From the IMG/VR virus record IMGVR_UViG_3300027747_004417: DNA of 64,000 nt, one strand, 5' to 3'. The DNA is from a virus. Shown in pieces: positions 28,222-37,357 of this stretch (its first letter is position 1; every line of letters begins with the position of its first letter). The notes beneath the pieces were generated by a model that saw only the letters and a list, made by a program, of their open reading frames with translations, did not search any database and was not told the DNA's origin. The position numbers and the translations under genes are program-made.

Positions 28222-28613
28222 TTATTAACCCAAAAGATGAAGTCATTTTTTTCTTCATCGAATCCTGTTTCGATAAGTCCCTCAGAAACCAACTCCATTA
28301 GAATATTGCTTATTATTCTTCTATTGAGTTGATCCAGCATTCTTTTAAAGTTTCTATGAGATACAGTGTACTCTTCTTGTCCAACACTATTGATTACTGT
28401 TTTTAGTATTGGTTTGATTATGTTCTTTGCTTCTTGAATAGTTAATTTTTCTTCTATTTTTTCTCTTTTAGTTTTCATCAACTCGTCAAATTTAGATATT
28501 TCTTTTGGTAGTTTTGCATCGTTTTCATAAAAGTTTTCTAAAATTATTGACCTAATGCTTTCTACAAATTCATCAACATTTGTTATTTCATACACTCTTT
28601 GTCTTTTCATCAC
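28218..28613 (-). CDS. Hypothetical protein
   Basis: ORF track; overlaps upstream gene by 4 nt. Confidence 0.7.
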   Translation of the reverse strand: MMKRQRVYEITNVDEFVESIRSIILENFYENDAKLPKEISKFDELMKTKREKIEEKLTIQEAKNIIKPILKTVINSVGQEEYTVSHRNFKRMLDQLNRRIISNILMELVSEGLIETGFDEEKNDFIFWVNN

Positions 28614-29446
28614 TCTCCCTCCTTTTTATCTTTTTCTTTAAACTTTTTCACAAGCATAGCGGCCATAGTTTCAAAAACTAATTCGTTTTCTTCCCAAGAA
28701 TTGTTTTTTTCATCCAAATAAACTAGCACATTTCCTTTTCTGATACTAGCTTTTTTTACTTTTATTCTGTGCAAAACGCCTTTTTCGGCCATTTTTCTAG
28801 AGAATAATTTTGATTTGCTCCAATCAACATTTTTCTTCCTTCTTCCCAAAGAGTCTACAGATACTATGGACCTTTCTTTAGGACTTTTCTTCATGTTTGC
28901 TTCGTACCAACCAAAGAATGACTGTGGATCTGTAGTAAGTTCCTGCTCCTCCCAGTATCTTCCTAAAGTGTCTTCGTAAATTATGCTGTAGTATGATCCT
29001 TCCCAAACTTTATATGGTGAACCTACGACTTGTGAGCTTGAATTAACTGACTGTACTTTCTGTATCATTACATTTTTAATCGCTACTTTTTCTAACCTTT
29101 TATTTTTTGCTTCATCTACAACGTACAAAATTGTTCCTAAACTATAGAGGTAAAGATAGTCAAGTGTTTGTGCTCCAAGCCTTTCTTTTGACGGTATACC
29201 ATACAGAACTAGAAGATCTGGGACTTTGAGGTTTCCAAAAGCTTCAAGGCTTAATATGCTTCCGTTTAATATTGACATTATTATTCTGTCAATTCTGAAG
29301 CCAGTACCTATTGCAAAGTCGCTGCTAAAGCTGTTGTTGAAAGAAAATTCTGGCGGCGAAACTCTAAGCTGCTTTATTTTTAAACAATTTAGCAGTCCCC
29401 CGAATGATTCTATTGTTGATATTGAGCCTAAGTTTATGCTAACCAT
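28610..29446 (-). CDS. Hypothetical protein; N-terminal ESFG/EAFG repeats and duplicated C-terminal motif
   Basis: STIESFGGL and LSLEAFGNL; YEDTLGRYWEEQEL and YLDEKNNSWEENEL. Confidence 0.6.
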   Translation of the reverse strand: MVSINLGSISTIESFGGLLNCLKIKQLRVSPPEFSFNNSFSSDFAIGTGFRIDRIIMSILNGSILSLEAFGNLKVPDLLVLYGIPSKERLGAQTLDYLYLYSLGTILYVVDEAKNKRLEKVAIKNVMIQKVQSVNSSSQVVGSPYKVWEGSYYSIIYEDTLGRYWEEQELTTDPQSFFGWYEANMKKSPKERSIVSVDSLGRRKKNVDWSKSKLFSRKMAEKGVLHRIKVKKASIRKGNVLVYLDEKNNSWEENELVFETMAAMLVKKFKEKDKKEGE

Positions 29447-29454
29447 TGTAAGCT

Positions 29455-29859
29455 CTATAGCTTGAATAATTTATTAGCACCGCTGTCTATCTTAATAGTT
29501 ATCTCTGCTCCGCTGGTTGCAAATGGCAGACCAACCGCAGTGTCATAAAGAGCTATAAGTTGTGATGTGCTAGCGGTACCCGTGTCCTTATATAACAATA
29601 TATAACTAATAGTAGAGCCAGATGCGACAGCTCCGAAGCTCACATCAGCACAGTTTGCAACACCTGCACTGGTTGTTTTACTTGTAAGAGCTTGTGGAAT
29701 ACCGACTACGTTCGAAGAAACGCTACTGTAAAAGCTGTGATTAGCTAGATCTGGCGTGTACCCATCGGAAACAAGAACCATTTTAATTGTATCATTTGTA
29801 TAATCTATATCGCCATTTAAAAATGCATCCCGCCCAGTATCATATAGTGCGTTGGCCAT
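29455..29859 (-). CDS. Phage virion/tail-associated structural protein
   Basis: MANALYDTGRDAFLNGDID...DTIKMVLV...ADVSF...LYKDTG...LIALYD; recalled phage tail-associated family; TATAAATA upstream. Confidence 0.7.
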   Translation of the reverse strand: MANALYDTGRDAFLNGDIDYTNDTIKMVLVSDGYTPDLANHSFYSSVSSNVVGIPQALTSKTTSAGVANCADVSFGAVASGSTISYILLYKDTGTASTSQLIALYDTAVGLPFATSGAEITIKIDSGANKLFKL

Positions 29860-29896
29860 CTTCTCTCCTTTGCTCTAGCTAAGTATACGTTCTATA

Positions 29897-29904
29897 TATT
29901 TATA
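29897..29904 (-). promoter_or_regulatory. T4-type late promoter consensus TATAAATA
   Basis: Exact match 38 nt upstream of a structural gene. Confidence 0.6.
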
Positions 29905-29975
29905 GCCTAATCCTTTATTTTTATTTGAATTTATTTGGTACTACGCTAATTTATGTTAGGTTTTGAGGGCCTAAA

Positions 29976-30215
29976 ATGTTTGAAGACTGTTATTTCTGGG
30001 TAGATGACTCGGTGGCTGAAGAAGACAGAAATATGAGTGTTCTTTGTCTTAAATGCCGGGACGAGAAAATGCCTGATGTAGGTTGGTTGTGGAAGGGTTC
30101 GTTTTTTGGTTACGGTCCCTTTGATTTTATTTGCTCTTTATGTGGCCATGTAGTTTACTCCCCTAATCATAATGAAAAAGAAGACAAAAAAGAAAACGAA
30201 ACAGAACCCAACTAA
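29976..30215 (+). CDS. Small Zn-ribbon protein
   Basis: CLKC ... CSLC. Confidence 0.6.
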   Translation: MFEDCYFWVDDSVAEEDRNMSVLCLKCRDEKMPDVGWLWKGSFFGYGPFDFICSLCGHVVYSPNHNEKEDKKENETEPN

Positions 30216-30957
30216 ACCTGTATTAAGGTCTTACTTAAAAAGAGTTGGATTCTTAAAATGGGTGGTTTCTCATTTTCCTGATAACTATAAGGAGCTCACG
30301 TATCTTGAGCCTTATTGTGGTGGTCTAGGCACAGTCTTAAACAAAGACATGTCTTTTGTAGAGATTCTAACAGACCCGGATTTGAACATACTAGAGGTTT
30401 ATAGATCTTTGAGGAATGAGCCCAAAGAGTTTATAAAAAGGGTCAATAGGTATAAATTTTGTGAGGAGACCTTTTGCAAGGTACAGAAATCATCACAATT
30501 GAACAAAGAAGACTACTTGGACTCTTCTGTAGAAGAATTTCTTCTTAGAAGTATGAGCAAACTGGAGCAAAAATTGAAGTTTTCTAAGGTAAATTTCAAT
30601 TTTTGGAAGTCTAGCGTTAAAAATCTTCCTTTATTCTCTTCAAGAATAAAAGAGGTTTTCATAGTCAACAGTAGCCCTCTAAGCATCATAAAAGACTTTG
30701 ATTTCAAAGAAACTTTACTTTTTTGCGATCCACCTCATCTTTATGAAACAAAAAAGGGGAAAACCGTATACAATTCCGAAATTCCAGTTAATGAGCATAT
30801 CGATTTATCCCATCTTTTGAATTCTTTTAAAGGAAAGGTCTTGCTAACAGGAGTCACCTCCCCATTGTACTCCAGATTATATAAAAACTGGACTATTGTT
30901 AAAAGCAAGTACAAGAATAAATTAGGCAAAACAGAAGTAATATGGAAGAATTTTTAA
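30172..30957 (+). CDS. dam: D12-class DNA adenine methyltransferase-like protein (degenerate motifs)
   Basis: YLEPYCGG, FCDPPH, GKVLLTG, EVIWKNF. Confidence 0.75.
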   Translation: MKKKTKKKTKQNPTKPVLRSYLKRVGFLKWVVSHFPDNYKELTYLEPYCGGLGTVLNKDMSFVEILTDPDLNILEVYRSLRNEPKEFIKRVNRYKFCEETFCKVQKSSQLNKEDYLDSSVEEFLLRSMSKLEQKLKFSKVNFNFWKSSVKNLPLFSSRIKEVFIVNSSPLSIIKDFDFKETLLFCDPPHLYETKKGKTVYNSEIPVNEHIDLSHLLNSFKGKVLLTGVTSPLYSRLYKNWTIVKSKYKNKLGKTEVIWKNF

Positions 30958-31007
30958 CTTCTTCATTCCTATCTGTTTTAACCAATCCTATGCATATATA
31001 TTTTAAA

Positions 31008-31028
31008 TTAACCCCACATTGGGGTTAA
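31008..31028. promoter_or_regulatory. Perfect 9-bp inverted repeat (operator- or hairpin-like)
   Basis: ttaacccca-cat-tggggttaa. Confidence 0.5.
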
Positions 31029-31046
31029 ATGCATTTAAGGGGTAAG

Positions 31047-31340
31047 ATGCTCTCTTTCGAAGATTTTTTAAGCAATATTAATGAAAACTCCCACGAAAGT
31101 GGCGCCATAAAAGCTATAAGAAATGGAATTGGTATTAACAAAAACTTCTGGGAAGATTTTCTACTTCTTCTAAACAATGCTGAAGCCGTTTCTAGTTTAT
31201 TAGATGTGCCTGTTGAAAAGATTGGAACATGGCATGATTCTATCAAAAAAGCCATGGATGATGTTCATAAGGCTGATGGAGAAATAATCCCTAGAGACAA
31301 AAAGAAACTGTTAAAAACTGGTTTACCGGAGGATTTATGA
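31047..31340 (+). CDS. Hypothetical protein with capsid-targeting-like N-terminus
   Basis: MLSFEDFLSNINE; AAGGGG SD. Confidence 0.7.
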   Translation: MLSFEDFLSNINENSHESGAIKAIRNGIGINKNFWEDFLLLLNNAEAVSSLLDVPVEKIGTWHDSIKKAMDDVHKADGEIIPRDKKKLLKTGLPEDL

Positions 31341-33583
31341 ATAAGTTTAGTTTTGAGCACTATTACCAAAGAAAAGAGACTGAATTAAAGGAAATGGCTG
31401 TAGCTTCCTTTGGAAAGAACAAAGGCAAGCACATAAACGACATAGATTCAGGGTATGCAACATGGCTGCTCAGAAGTATAGAAGACTCCGGAAAGTTGAT
31501 GGGCAACTTTACAGCAGACGATGGATCAGGAAGATTAAGTAAGGACCAAGTGCTCCAAGCATTAAGAATAAGATCAAGAAATCAAACAGTTGCACCCACT
31601 AGCACTAAGCAGCCTATTAAGTCTGTTTCAAATACTTCGTCTGTAGAAAGGAGTCCTGCTGTTAGACCCACAGACCCCCCAGATGAGCCAGAATCCGAGT
31701 CTCCAAGTTTAGCTGCCCCAAGAGCCACACAACCGGACCAAAAAATATCTGCCTTTGATCCCGAGCCTTATAGAATAAAGCCTGAGTGGGTCACCAGCCA
31801 TCAAAAATCAATTAGAGATGTGTTTGATAAAAGTTCATCCCACATTCTGTTGCCAGCCCTAGCAGGTAGCGGCAAAACAACAATGTTAAAGGATCTTGCT
31901 TCAAACGCTAAGCCGGGTGATAGATGGCTATACCTAGTATTTAACAAGAAGAATCAGCTAGAAAGCAAAAAGGCTTTCCCACCAGGAGTTGACGTTTTTA
32001 CCTCTCACTCTTTCTTGGAACAAAAAGTATTTTCATTGAACCCACAAGCTCTACCTTCTACTGGAATATTTGAAAAAGGAAAGCACGACAGTTATTCTGA
32101 AGCTAAAGCTGAGGTACTAATTAACAAGATTGTTTTCGGTGATAATGGTTATATTCAAGATTCCTCGGATAGACCCTTCGTTAAAGGCCAGTGTTATAAC
32201 CTTTTGTCTAAAGCTAAGAATTTTGCAGTTAACCCAAATGATTCCACACTTGAATCAATGCTTATGTCAATTCTCAAAAAGTATAAAATAGAGACGAGAA
32301 ATAGCAGATCAAGCAACGGAGGCAGTATTGATTATAAGGCTCAAATAATTTCTATCTGTACTCAGGTTCTTAAAGATACACTACCAAAGTCTAGATCTGA
32401 CGGTTTGAGCTCTGTAAGAGACCACGATGACACACTATGGTGGACTGCAATACACGCAGATCAACTTAAATGGCCAGCTTATGATGTTGTGCTTGCAGAT
32501 GAGGTTCAAGATTTTAATGTGTGTCAACAAATAATGCTTAAAAAGCTTGAGGAGGCAGGGGCTAGAATAGTTGCTGTCGGTGATGAGAACCAAGCTATCT
32601 ACGCTTTTAGAGGTGCCGATGCCGGATCTTTCTCAGCTTTAGGAAAGATACTGGGGGGCACTAGAAGAGGTGTAGAGTCTAGGAACCTTCCTGTAAACTT
32701 TAGAAGTGCCCCGGTAATTATAGATTACGTTAATAAAAACACTATTGTTGGTAACCTAGAGGCCGGTAAGAGCCATGAAGGATTCGTTGAAGAGAATCAA
32801 ACGGAGGGTGAGGCTCACAGAATGATAGGCCAAGAATGGGGAGATAAGAAAGAACTAGATCAGGAAACTGCTTTTCTTTCCAGGACAAACAATGCATTAG
32901 CTCCTATAGCTCTTGAAATGCTAATACAAGACATTCCTGTAACTATAGTTGGAAGAAATTTATCAGAAGAGTTTACTGACTTTTTGACTTTGGCTTTATG
33001 GTTTGACAAAGAACCAGATCTAAAATATCAAAAAGGCGCTTTTAGGGATATAAAGAGGAAGGGCATCCGGCCCTTTTATAGCACTAGTATAAAGCACGTT
33101 CCTGAGGCTTTAATGGACTTTTATTACTGGCGTACTGAGAGTCCTAAAATGAGTGAAAAAGTTAGGAAGGAAATTGAAAGAACTGCTACCAATCTTTCTC
33201 AGCTCATAGAGATCTTGATAGATAAAAACCTAGTCAATACAGTCGAAGACTTCATAAAGTATTTAAAGGTTAAGCTTAGGGGACTGGATCTTGGCACAGA
33301 CGGTGGCGGAGGCAACGACAAAGATATTGAAATCTACGAAGAAAGAAAGAACAATCCTAAAAAGCACGTTATACTTTCAACCATACACAAGTCTAAAGGA
33401 CTTGAGTTTGAACGTGTTTTCGTTCTTGAAAACGATAGACTTCCTAGTCACGAAACGTCTAGAAAGAGAAGGGAATCTAAACAGGGCATAGATCAAGAAG
33501 ACGCCCAAGAAGAGAACCTTAAGTACGTTGCATATACTAGAGCAAAGAACCAACTTCATTTGATCAATAACGGAAACCGATAG
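31337..33583 (+). CDS. UvrD/Rep-like SF1A helicase with N-terminal FGKxKG domain
   Basis: ALAGSGKTT, DEVQD, VGDENQAIYAFRGA, NFRS, STIHKSKGLEF, YVAYTRAK; N-terminal FGKNKG...YATWL. Confidence 0.9.
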   Translation: MNKFSFEHYYQRKETELKEMAVASFGKNKGKHINDIDSGYATWLLRSIEDSGKLMGNFTADDGSGRLSKDQVLQALRIRSRNQTVAPTSTKQPIKSVSNTSSVERSPAVRPTDPPDEPESESPSLAAPRATQPDQKISAFDPEPYRIKPEWVTSHQKSIRDVFDKSSSHILLPALAGSGKTTMLKDLASNAKPGDRWLYLVFNKKNQLESKKAFPPGVDVFTSHSFLEQKVFSLNPQALPSTGIFEKGKHDSYSEAKAEVLINKIVFGDNGYIQDSSDRPFVKGQCYNLLSKAKNFAVNPNDSTLESMLMSILKKYKIETRNSRSSNGGSIDYKAQIISICTQVLKDTLPKSRSDGLSSVRDHDDTLWWTAIHADQLKWPAYDVVLADEVQDFNVCQQIMLKKLEEAGARIVAVGDENQAIYAFRGADAGSFSALGKILGGTRRGVESRNLPVNFRSAPVIIDYVNKNTIVGNLEAGKSHEGFVEENQTEGEAHRMIGQEWGDKKELDQETAFLSRTNNALAPIALEMLIQDIPVTIVGRNLSEEFTDFLTLALWFDKEPDLKYQKGAFRDIKRKGIRPFYSTSIKHVPEALMDFYYWRTESPKMSEKVRKEIERTATNLSQLIEILIDKNLVNTVEDFIKYLKVKLRGLDLGTDGGGGNDKDIEIYEERKNNPKKHVILSTIHKSKGLEFERVFVLENDRLPSHETSRKRRESKQGIDQEDAQEENLKYVAYTRAKNQLHLINNGNR

Positions 33584-33621
33584 CAAAAATCATATATACA
33601 TTAGACAAAAGGAGGTGTCTA

Positions 33622-34071
33622 GTGAATGTTCCAAATATAAGCAAAGAAGTTTTTTCTAAGCTTGAAAGCTATCTAAGTCTTTTAAAGTTCAAATGGGATT
33701 CTATTCATCCCAAAGAGTATAAACTAAACAAGTCAAGAATTGTAGACTGTGTAGTATTTATACTGTCTGCTTTAGACAATCTAATTCTCTTCGTGCAGGA
33801 CAACATACCCAAGGGATCTGACAAAAAAATGGCTGTAATGGCTGTTGTCACTGATCTTTTTAGCTATATATTAGTTAATAACGCCCCCATATGGCTTAAA
33901 CCGTTTATCCCTTTGATTAAGGAAATAGTGGTTAATCTAATCATAAGCCAGCTAGTAGAATTCATAGTCAGCAAATACAAAGAAGGTGTTTGGTGCGAAA
34001 ACAATGTTTCTGTAAATTCTCCTGACTCTCCACAGAAGTCAATGATTTACAAATCTAGAAAGGACTTTTAA
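33622..34071 (+). CDS. Hypothetical protein with hydrophobic helices
   Basis: GGAGG SD with GTG start; abuts the S8 protease gene. Confidence 0.65.
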   Translation: MNVPNISKEVFSKLESYLSLLKFKWDSIHPKEYKLNKSRIVDCVVFILSALDNLILFVQDNIPKGSDKKMAVMAVVTDLFSYILVNNAPIWLKPFIPLIKEIVVNLIISQLVEFIVSKYKEGVWCENNVSVNSPDSPQKSMIYKSRKDF

Positions 34072-34988
34072 TGGAAAAGATAAGTTTACTTCCATACACT
34101 AGAGAAGAAGTACTAAGCATTCAAGAGGCCAAACAAAAGATGGGCTGGGAGATTACATCTTTTAATCTTCCCGAAACTTGGAAGTCCACCCAAGGTGAAG
34201 GCGTTACAGTTGCCGTCTTAGACACAGGAGCAGATTTAGATCATGAAGACTTAGTTTGCAACTTGCTTGAAGGAAAGAACTTTGTTGATAGAAGGTCTCC
34301 TCCTGATGATGATCAAGGACACGGCAGTCATGTTACAGGCACGATATGTGCTTGTAATAACGAATCTGGTGTTGTTGGCGTTGCCCCTAAGACAAAAGTT
34401 ATACCTGTAAAAGTTTTAGACAAACATGGAGCAGGGCAGCTTGAAGACGTAGCCGATGGTATATGTTGGGCAGCCGATCAAGGCGTTGACTTTATAACAA
34501 TGTCTCTTGGTTGTGCCAATCCGGTTAGCATTGTTCATAAAGCAATAAAATATGCACATTCAAAAAAAGTTGTGGTTTGGTGTGCAGCTGGAAATGCTGG
34601 TAAAACCCACAATATATTTTATCCTGCTGCTTACCCTGAGACTATTGGAATTGGTGCCATAGACAAGAATTTTAATAGAGCGGGTTTTAGTTGCACTGGC
34701 CCAGACCTAGATTTTCTGGCACCAGGCGTCGGCATTCTAAGCACAGTGCCAGATAATTGGTATGCCGTACTTTCTGGTACTAGCATGGCAAATCCATTTG
34801 CTGTCGGTTTAGGATGCTTATTATTGTCTTATAAAAGAAATAAAGGACTGGATATAAAACTTGACAATAACTTAGATTATATAAATTTCTTGAAGCAGTA
34901 TACGATATTTAAAGGAAACAATTTTTTTGAAGGTTTTGGAATAATAGATCCAAGAAAGATGCAAGATTGGCTTAATTCGAATCCCTAA
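34071..34988 (+). CDS. Subtilisin-like S8 serine peptidase
   Basis: VAVLDTG, HGSHVTG, AAGN, GTSMA. Confidence 0.93.
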   Translation: MEKISLLPYTREEVLSIQEAKQKMGWEITSFNLPETWKSTQGEGVTVAVLDTGADLDHEDLVCNLLEGKNFVDRRSPPDDDQGHGSHVTGTICACNNESGVVGVAPKTKVIPVKVLDKHGAGQLEDVADGICWAADQGVDFITMSLGCANPVSIVHKAIKYAHSKKVVVWCAAGNAGKTHNIFYPAAYPETIGIGAIDKNFNRAGFSCTGPDLDFLAPGVGILSTVPDNWYAVLSGTSMANPFAVGLGCLLLSYKRNKGLDIKLDNNLDYINFLKQYTIFKGNNFFEGFGIIDPRKMQDWLNSNP

Positions 34989-35343
34989 TAATTTTAATTT
35001 GTTTTTTGAGCATGGCCGCTGCTTCATAATCTTCTATTTTTATTGCAGCGGCCATTTTACTTTCTAATATCTTAATTTTTTGTTCTGCAGTTATAGCTTT
35101 ATCATCAAAGTTTTCTTCTAAACATTTTGGGCAATCATCTATCAACCCTTTATTTTCTAGAAATAAATCCATCAAGTCTTTTATACTTTCTGGTATAGAC
35201 TCCATTATGTTAACAGATTCTAGGTACTTTGAAGCACATTCTTGGCAAATTTTTGTTTGTTTTATTTTGCCTTTTTTAAGCTCAATAATTGTTATCATTT
35301 CAAGCTCATTACAATCTTTTTTATGAAACGGACAAAACTCCAT
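34972..35343 (-). CDS. Shortened McsA-like protein (Cys motifs + UVR domain)
   Basis: ICQECA, CPKC, C-terminal AAIKIEDYEAAAMLKKQI (UvrB/UvrC motif). Confidence 0.7.
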   Translation of the reverse strand: MEFCPFHKKDCNELEMITIIELKKGKIKQTKICQECASKYLESVNIMESIPESIKDLMDLFLENKGLIDDCPKCLEENFDDKAITAEQKIKILESKMAAAIKIEDYEAAAMLKKQIKIIRDSN

Positions 35344-35351
35344 CTATTCTC

Positions 35352-36209
35352 CTATGTAGGCGGTAAAGCTTTTCCTTCTACCCTTATGTTTATCCCATCA
35401 TTTTCTAGTCCCTTGGCGTCGATTGGAACCGTTCTTTTAATCCACACAGGGATAACGTCGCCTGGTCTTATTTCTCCTATGCCGTATGCTCCATCTCTAC
35501 TCTCGTAAGGTAAAAACCCAACCCCATAAGGAGGCGTTGTTGCCCGTTCTATCTCAGCAGCCACAGAGTTCACAGGACCACCAGAAACGCTTCTTCCTAT
35601 AGATATGTTCCCATCACCTGGAGCTGGTGATTCAATAGTTAGGCTGTTTGTTCCTTCTTGTAGAATTTCATGATATCGATTTCCGGATGATCCTTGAAAG
35701 TTTATTTCAAATATTATTGTGTCTCCTGATAAAGAAGCTGTGACTGTAACATCTTTTAATCTTGGTAGTGCCCTCATTGCACTTTGTAGGTTTCCGGCCC
35801 AAACAGATGCTGACGAGTTCCAAATTGCCGCAATTTCTGTTGCACTCTCGTAATCAGTGTAGATTACAGAGAAGCTTCCTCTTTTTATTTTACTAAAACT
35901 TGTTATCGTTATAGTTTGTCTTTCATTTATCTCTATAAATCCTAGTTCTACCGTTATGTCGCTATCTGCCCTGTACTCTGTAAACAAAATTGACTCATAC
36001 AAGGTAGCTTCAAAGCTATTGTTGTTTACATAAATACATTTGTAATCTTCCAATCCTACTGTAGACTGTTCCACACTTATATCAGTAAACAGTCTATTTG
36101 CTATAATAGGGTGTGTAGATGGTTCTCCTCCCAAAGAGAGGTCAGAAGAATTATTTTCTGGACCACCGGATAAGGTTATACTTATATCGCCTTCACTTAT
36201 GTAAGCCAT
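35352..36209 (-). CDS. Probable virion structural protein
   Basis: LSGG..N...SLGG, DY.CIYV.N, IGEI.PG..IPVWIKRTVP; beta-rich. Confidence 0.55.
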   Translation of the reverse strand: MAYISEGDISITLSGGPENNSSDLSLGGEPSTHPIIANRLFTDISVEQSTVGLEDYKCIYVNNNSFEATLYESILFTEYRADSDITVELGFIEINERQTITITSFSKIKRGSFSVIYTDYESATEIAAIWNSSASVWAGNLQSAMRALPRLKDVTVTASLSGDTIIFEINFQGSSGNRYHEILQEGTNSLTIESPAPGDGNISIGRSVSGGPVNSVAAEIERATTPPYGVGFLPYESRDGAYGIGEIRPGDVIPVWIKRTVPIDAKGLENDGINIRVEGKALPPT

Positions 36210-36499
36210 TGTTTACCTTTTAAAATGTATCTTATGTTTCTTGTAGAGTAACCTGTGAACTCTGCAATCTCTTTTATGCCCCATCCTAATTTAGCTAAGC
36301 TTTCAACTTTTTTATGACTTGTTTTTAATCTATTTGGCTCAACGTCATTTAATCTCAATATTCGATATATTTCTCCTATTGATTTGTTTGAAGCCTTGGC
36401 TATTTCGTTTATAGACATTTTAGGGTTTTGAAGATACATTCCGACTATTATTTTATTGTCTTTTTCTTGACCGTTTAAAAAATCATAAAAGTCTTCCAT
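36197..36499 (-). CDS. Tandem HTH protein
   Basis: MSINEIAKASNKSIGEIYRIL and WGIKEIAEFTGYSTRNIRYIL. Confidence 0.75.
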   Translation of the reverse strand: MEDFYDFLNGQEKDNKIIVGMYLQNPKMSINEIAKASNKSIGEIYRILRLNDVEPNRLKTSHKKVESLAKLGWGIKEIAEFTGYSTRNIRYILKGKQWLT

Positions 36500-36570
36500 G
36501 ATTTATTTATTGCCCTTGCTTTGATTTATATTTTTATTTAGAATGTATAGAGACATTTATAGGGCATAAT

Positions 36571-37347
36571 ATGTCATTGCATGAAAAAAGCATAAAATGG
36601 AAGGTGGCTCCTCCAAAACAGAGGATCATACAAATTTATGTTAAAGGTATAGAGTATGCCCTTGTTTCAGATGATAATTCGCAGTGTCACGATTTTGTTT
36701 GGTGTAAGGATTTTTTACATGATGTTGTTTATTCTTCAATTAACAAGAAGCCTTTTGAGATCTATCATTTTAGATATAATCCTTACCTTGACCCAAATCC
36801 ATGCTTAGATAAGATTAAGCTGCTTATTACGAATCCAAAAGATAAACACTTTGAAGCCAGACTCGTTGATTGTCTTGACTTCCTGAACCAGATTGAAGCT
36901 AAATTAAAAATTAAAAAGTCCATAATTAGAAAGTGTAAATCCCCTCCACAAGGGTATGAATCGGGGGTTTTTATCCTAGAAGGCAGCAAAAGATGGCTTT
37001 GTTCTCCTCCTATGATTTCTCTTTATTCGCTTTTAATAAGAATGGGGTTTTTGCACTCGATGCCAGAAAGCTTCTTTCACACCATACAAAAGATAAGGCT
37101 TGGTGCCTTAAAACCATACCAAAAGTTTGACAAAAAATGGTTGTCTGAGGCACAGACAGCCTTAGATTTAATTTTTAAATTAGGTGATAAAAAGATATTT
37201 TCAAACGATATAAATAAGAATTATCCAAAGAACTTATCGATAGATGTTGTACATAACCGTTTAGGCATTATGGGCTTTGCAAACGACATAGTTAGCAAAA
37301 ACTATAATGGCCCTGTTTTGGTTCCTCACTGGCACAACTACAAATAA
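36571..37347 (+). CDS. Hypothetical protein upstream of amidoligase
   Basis: ORF track; CKDFLHDVV; 10 nt before the ligase start. Confidence 0.7.
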   Translation: MSLHEKSIKWKVAPPKQRIIQIYVKGIEYALVSDDNSQCHDFVWCKDFLHDVVYSSINKKPFEIYHFRYNPYLDPNPCLDKIKLLITNPKDKHFEARLVDCLDFLNQIEAKLKIKKSIIRKCKSPPQGYESGVFILEGSKRWLCSPPMISLYSLLIRMGFLHSMPESFFHTIQKIRLGALKPYQKFDKKWLSEAQTALDLIFKLGDKKIFSNDINKNYPKNLSIDVVHNRLGIMGFANDIVSKNYNGPVLVPHWHNYK

Positions 37348-37357
37348 GGAGTATGTT

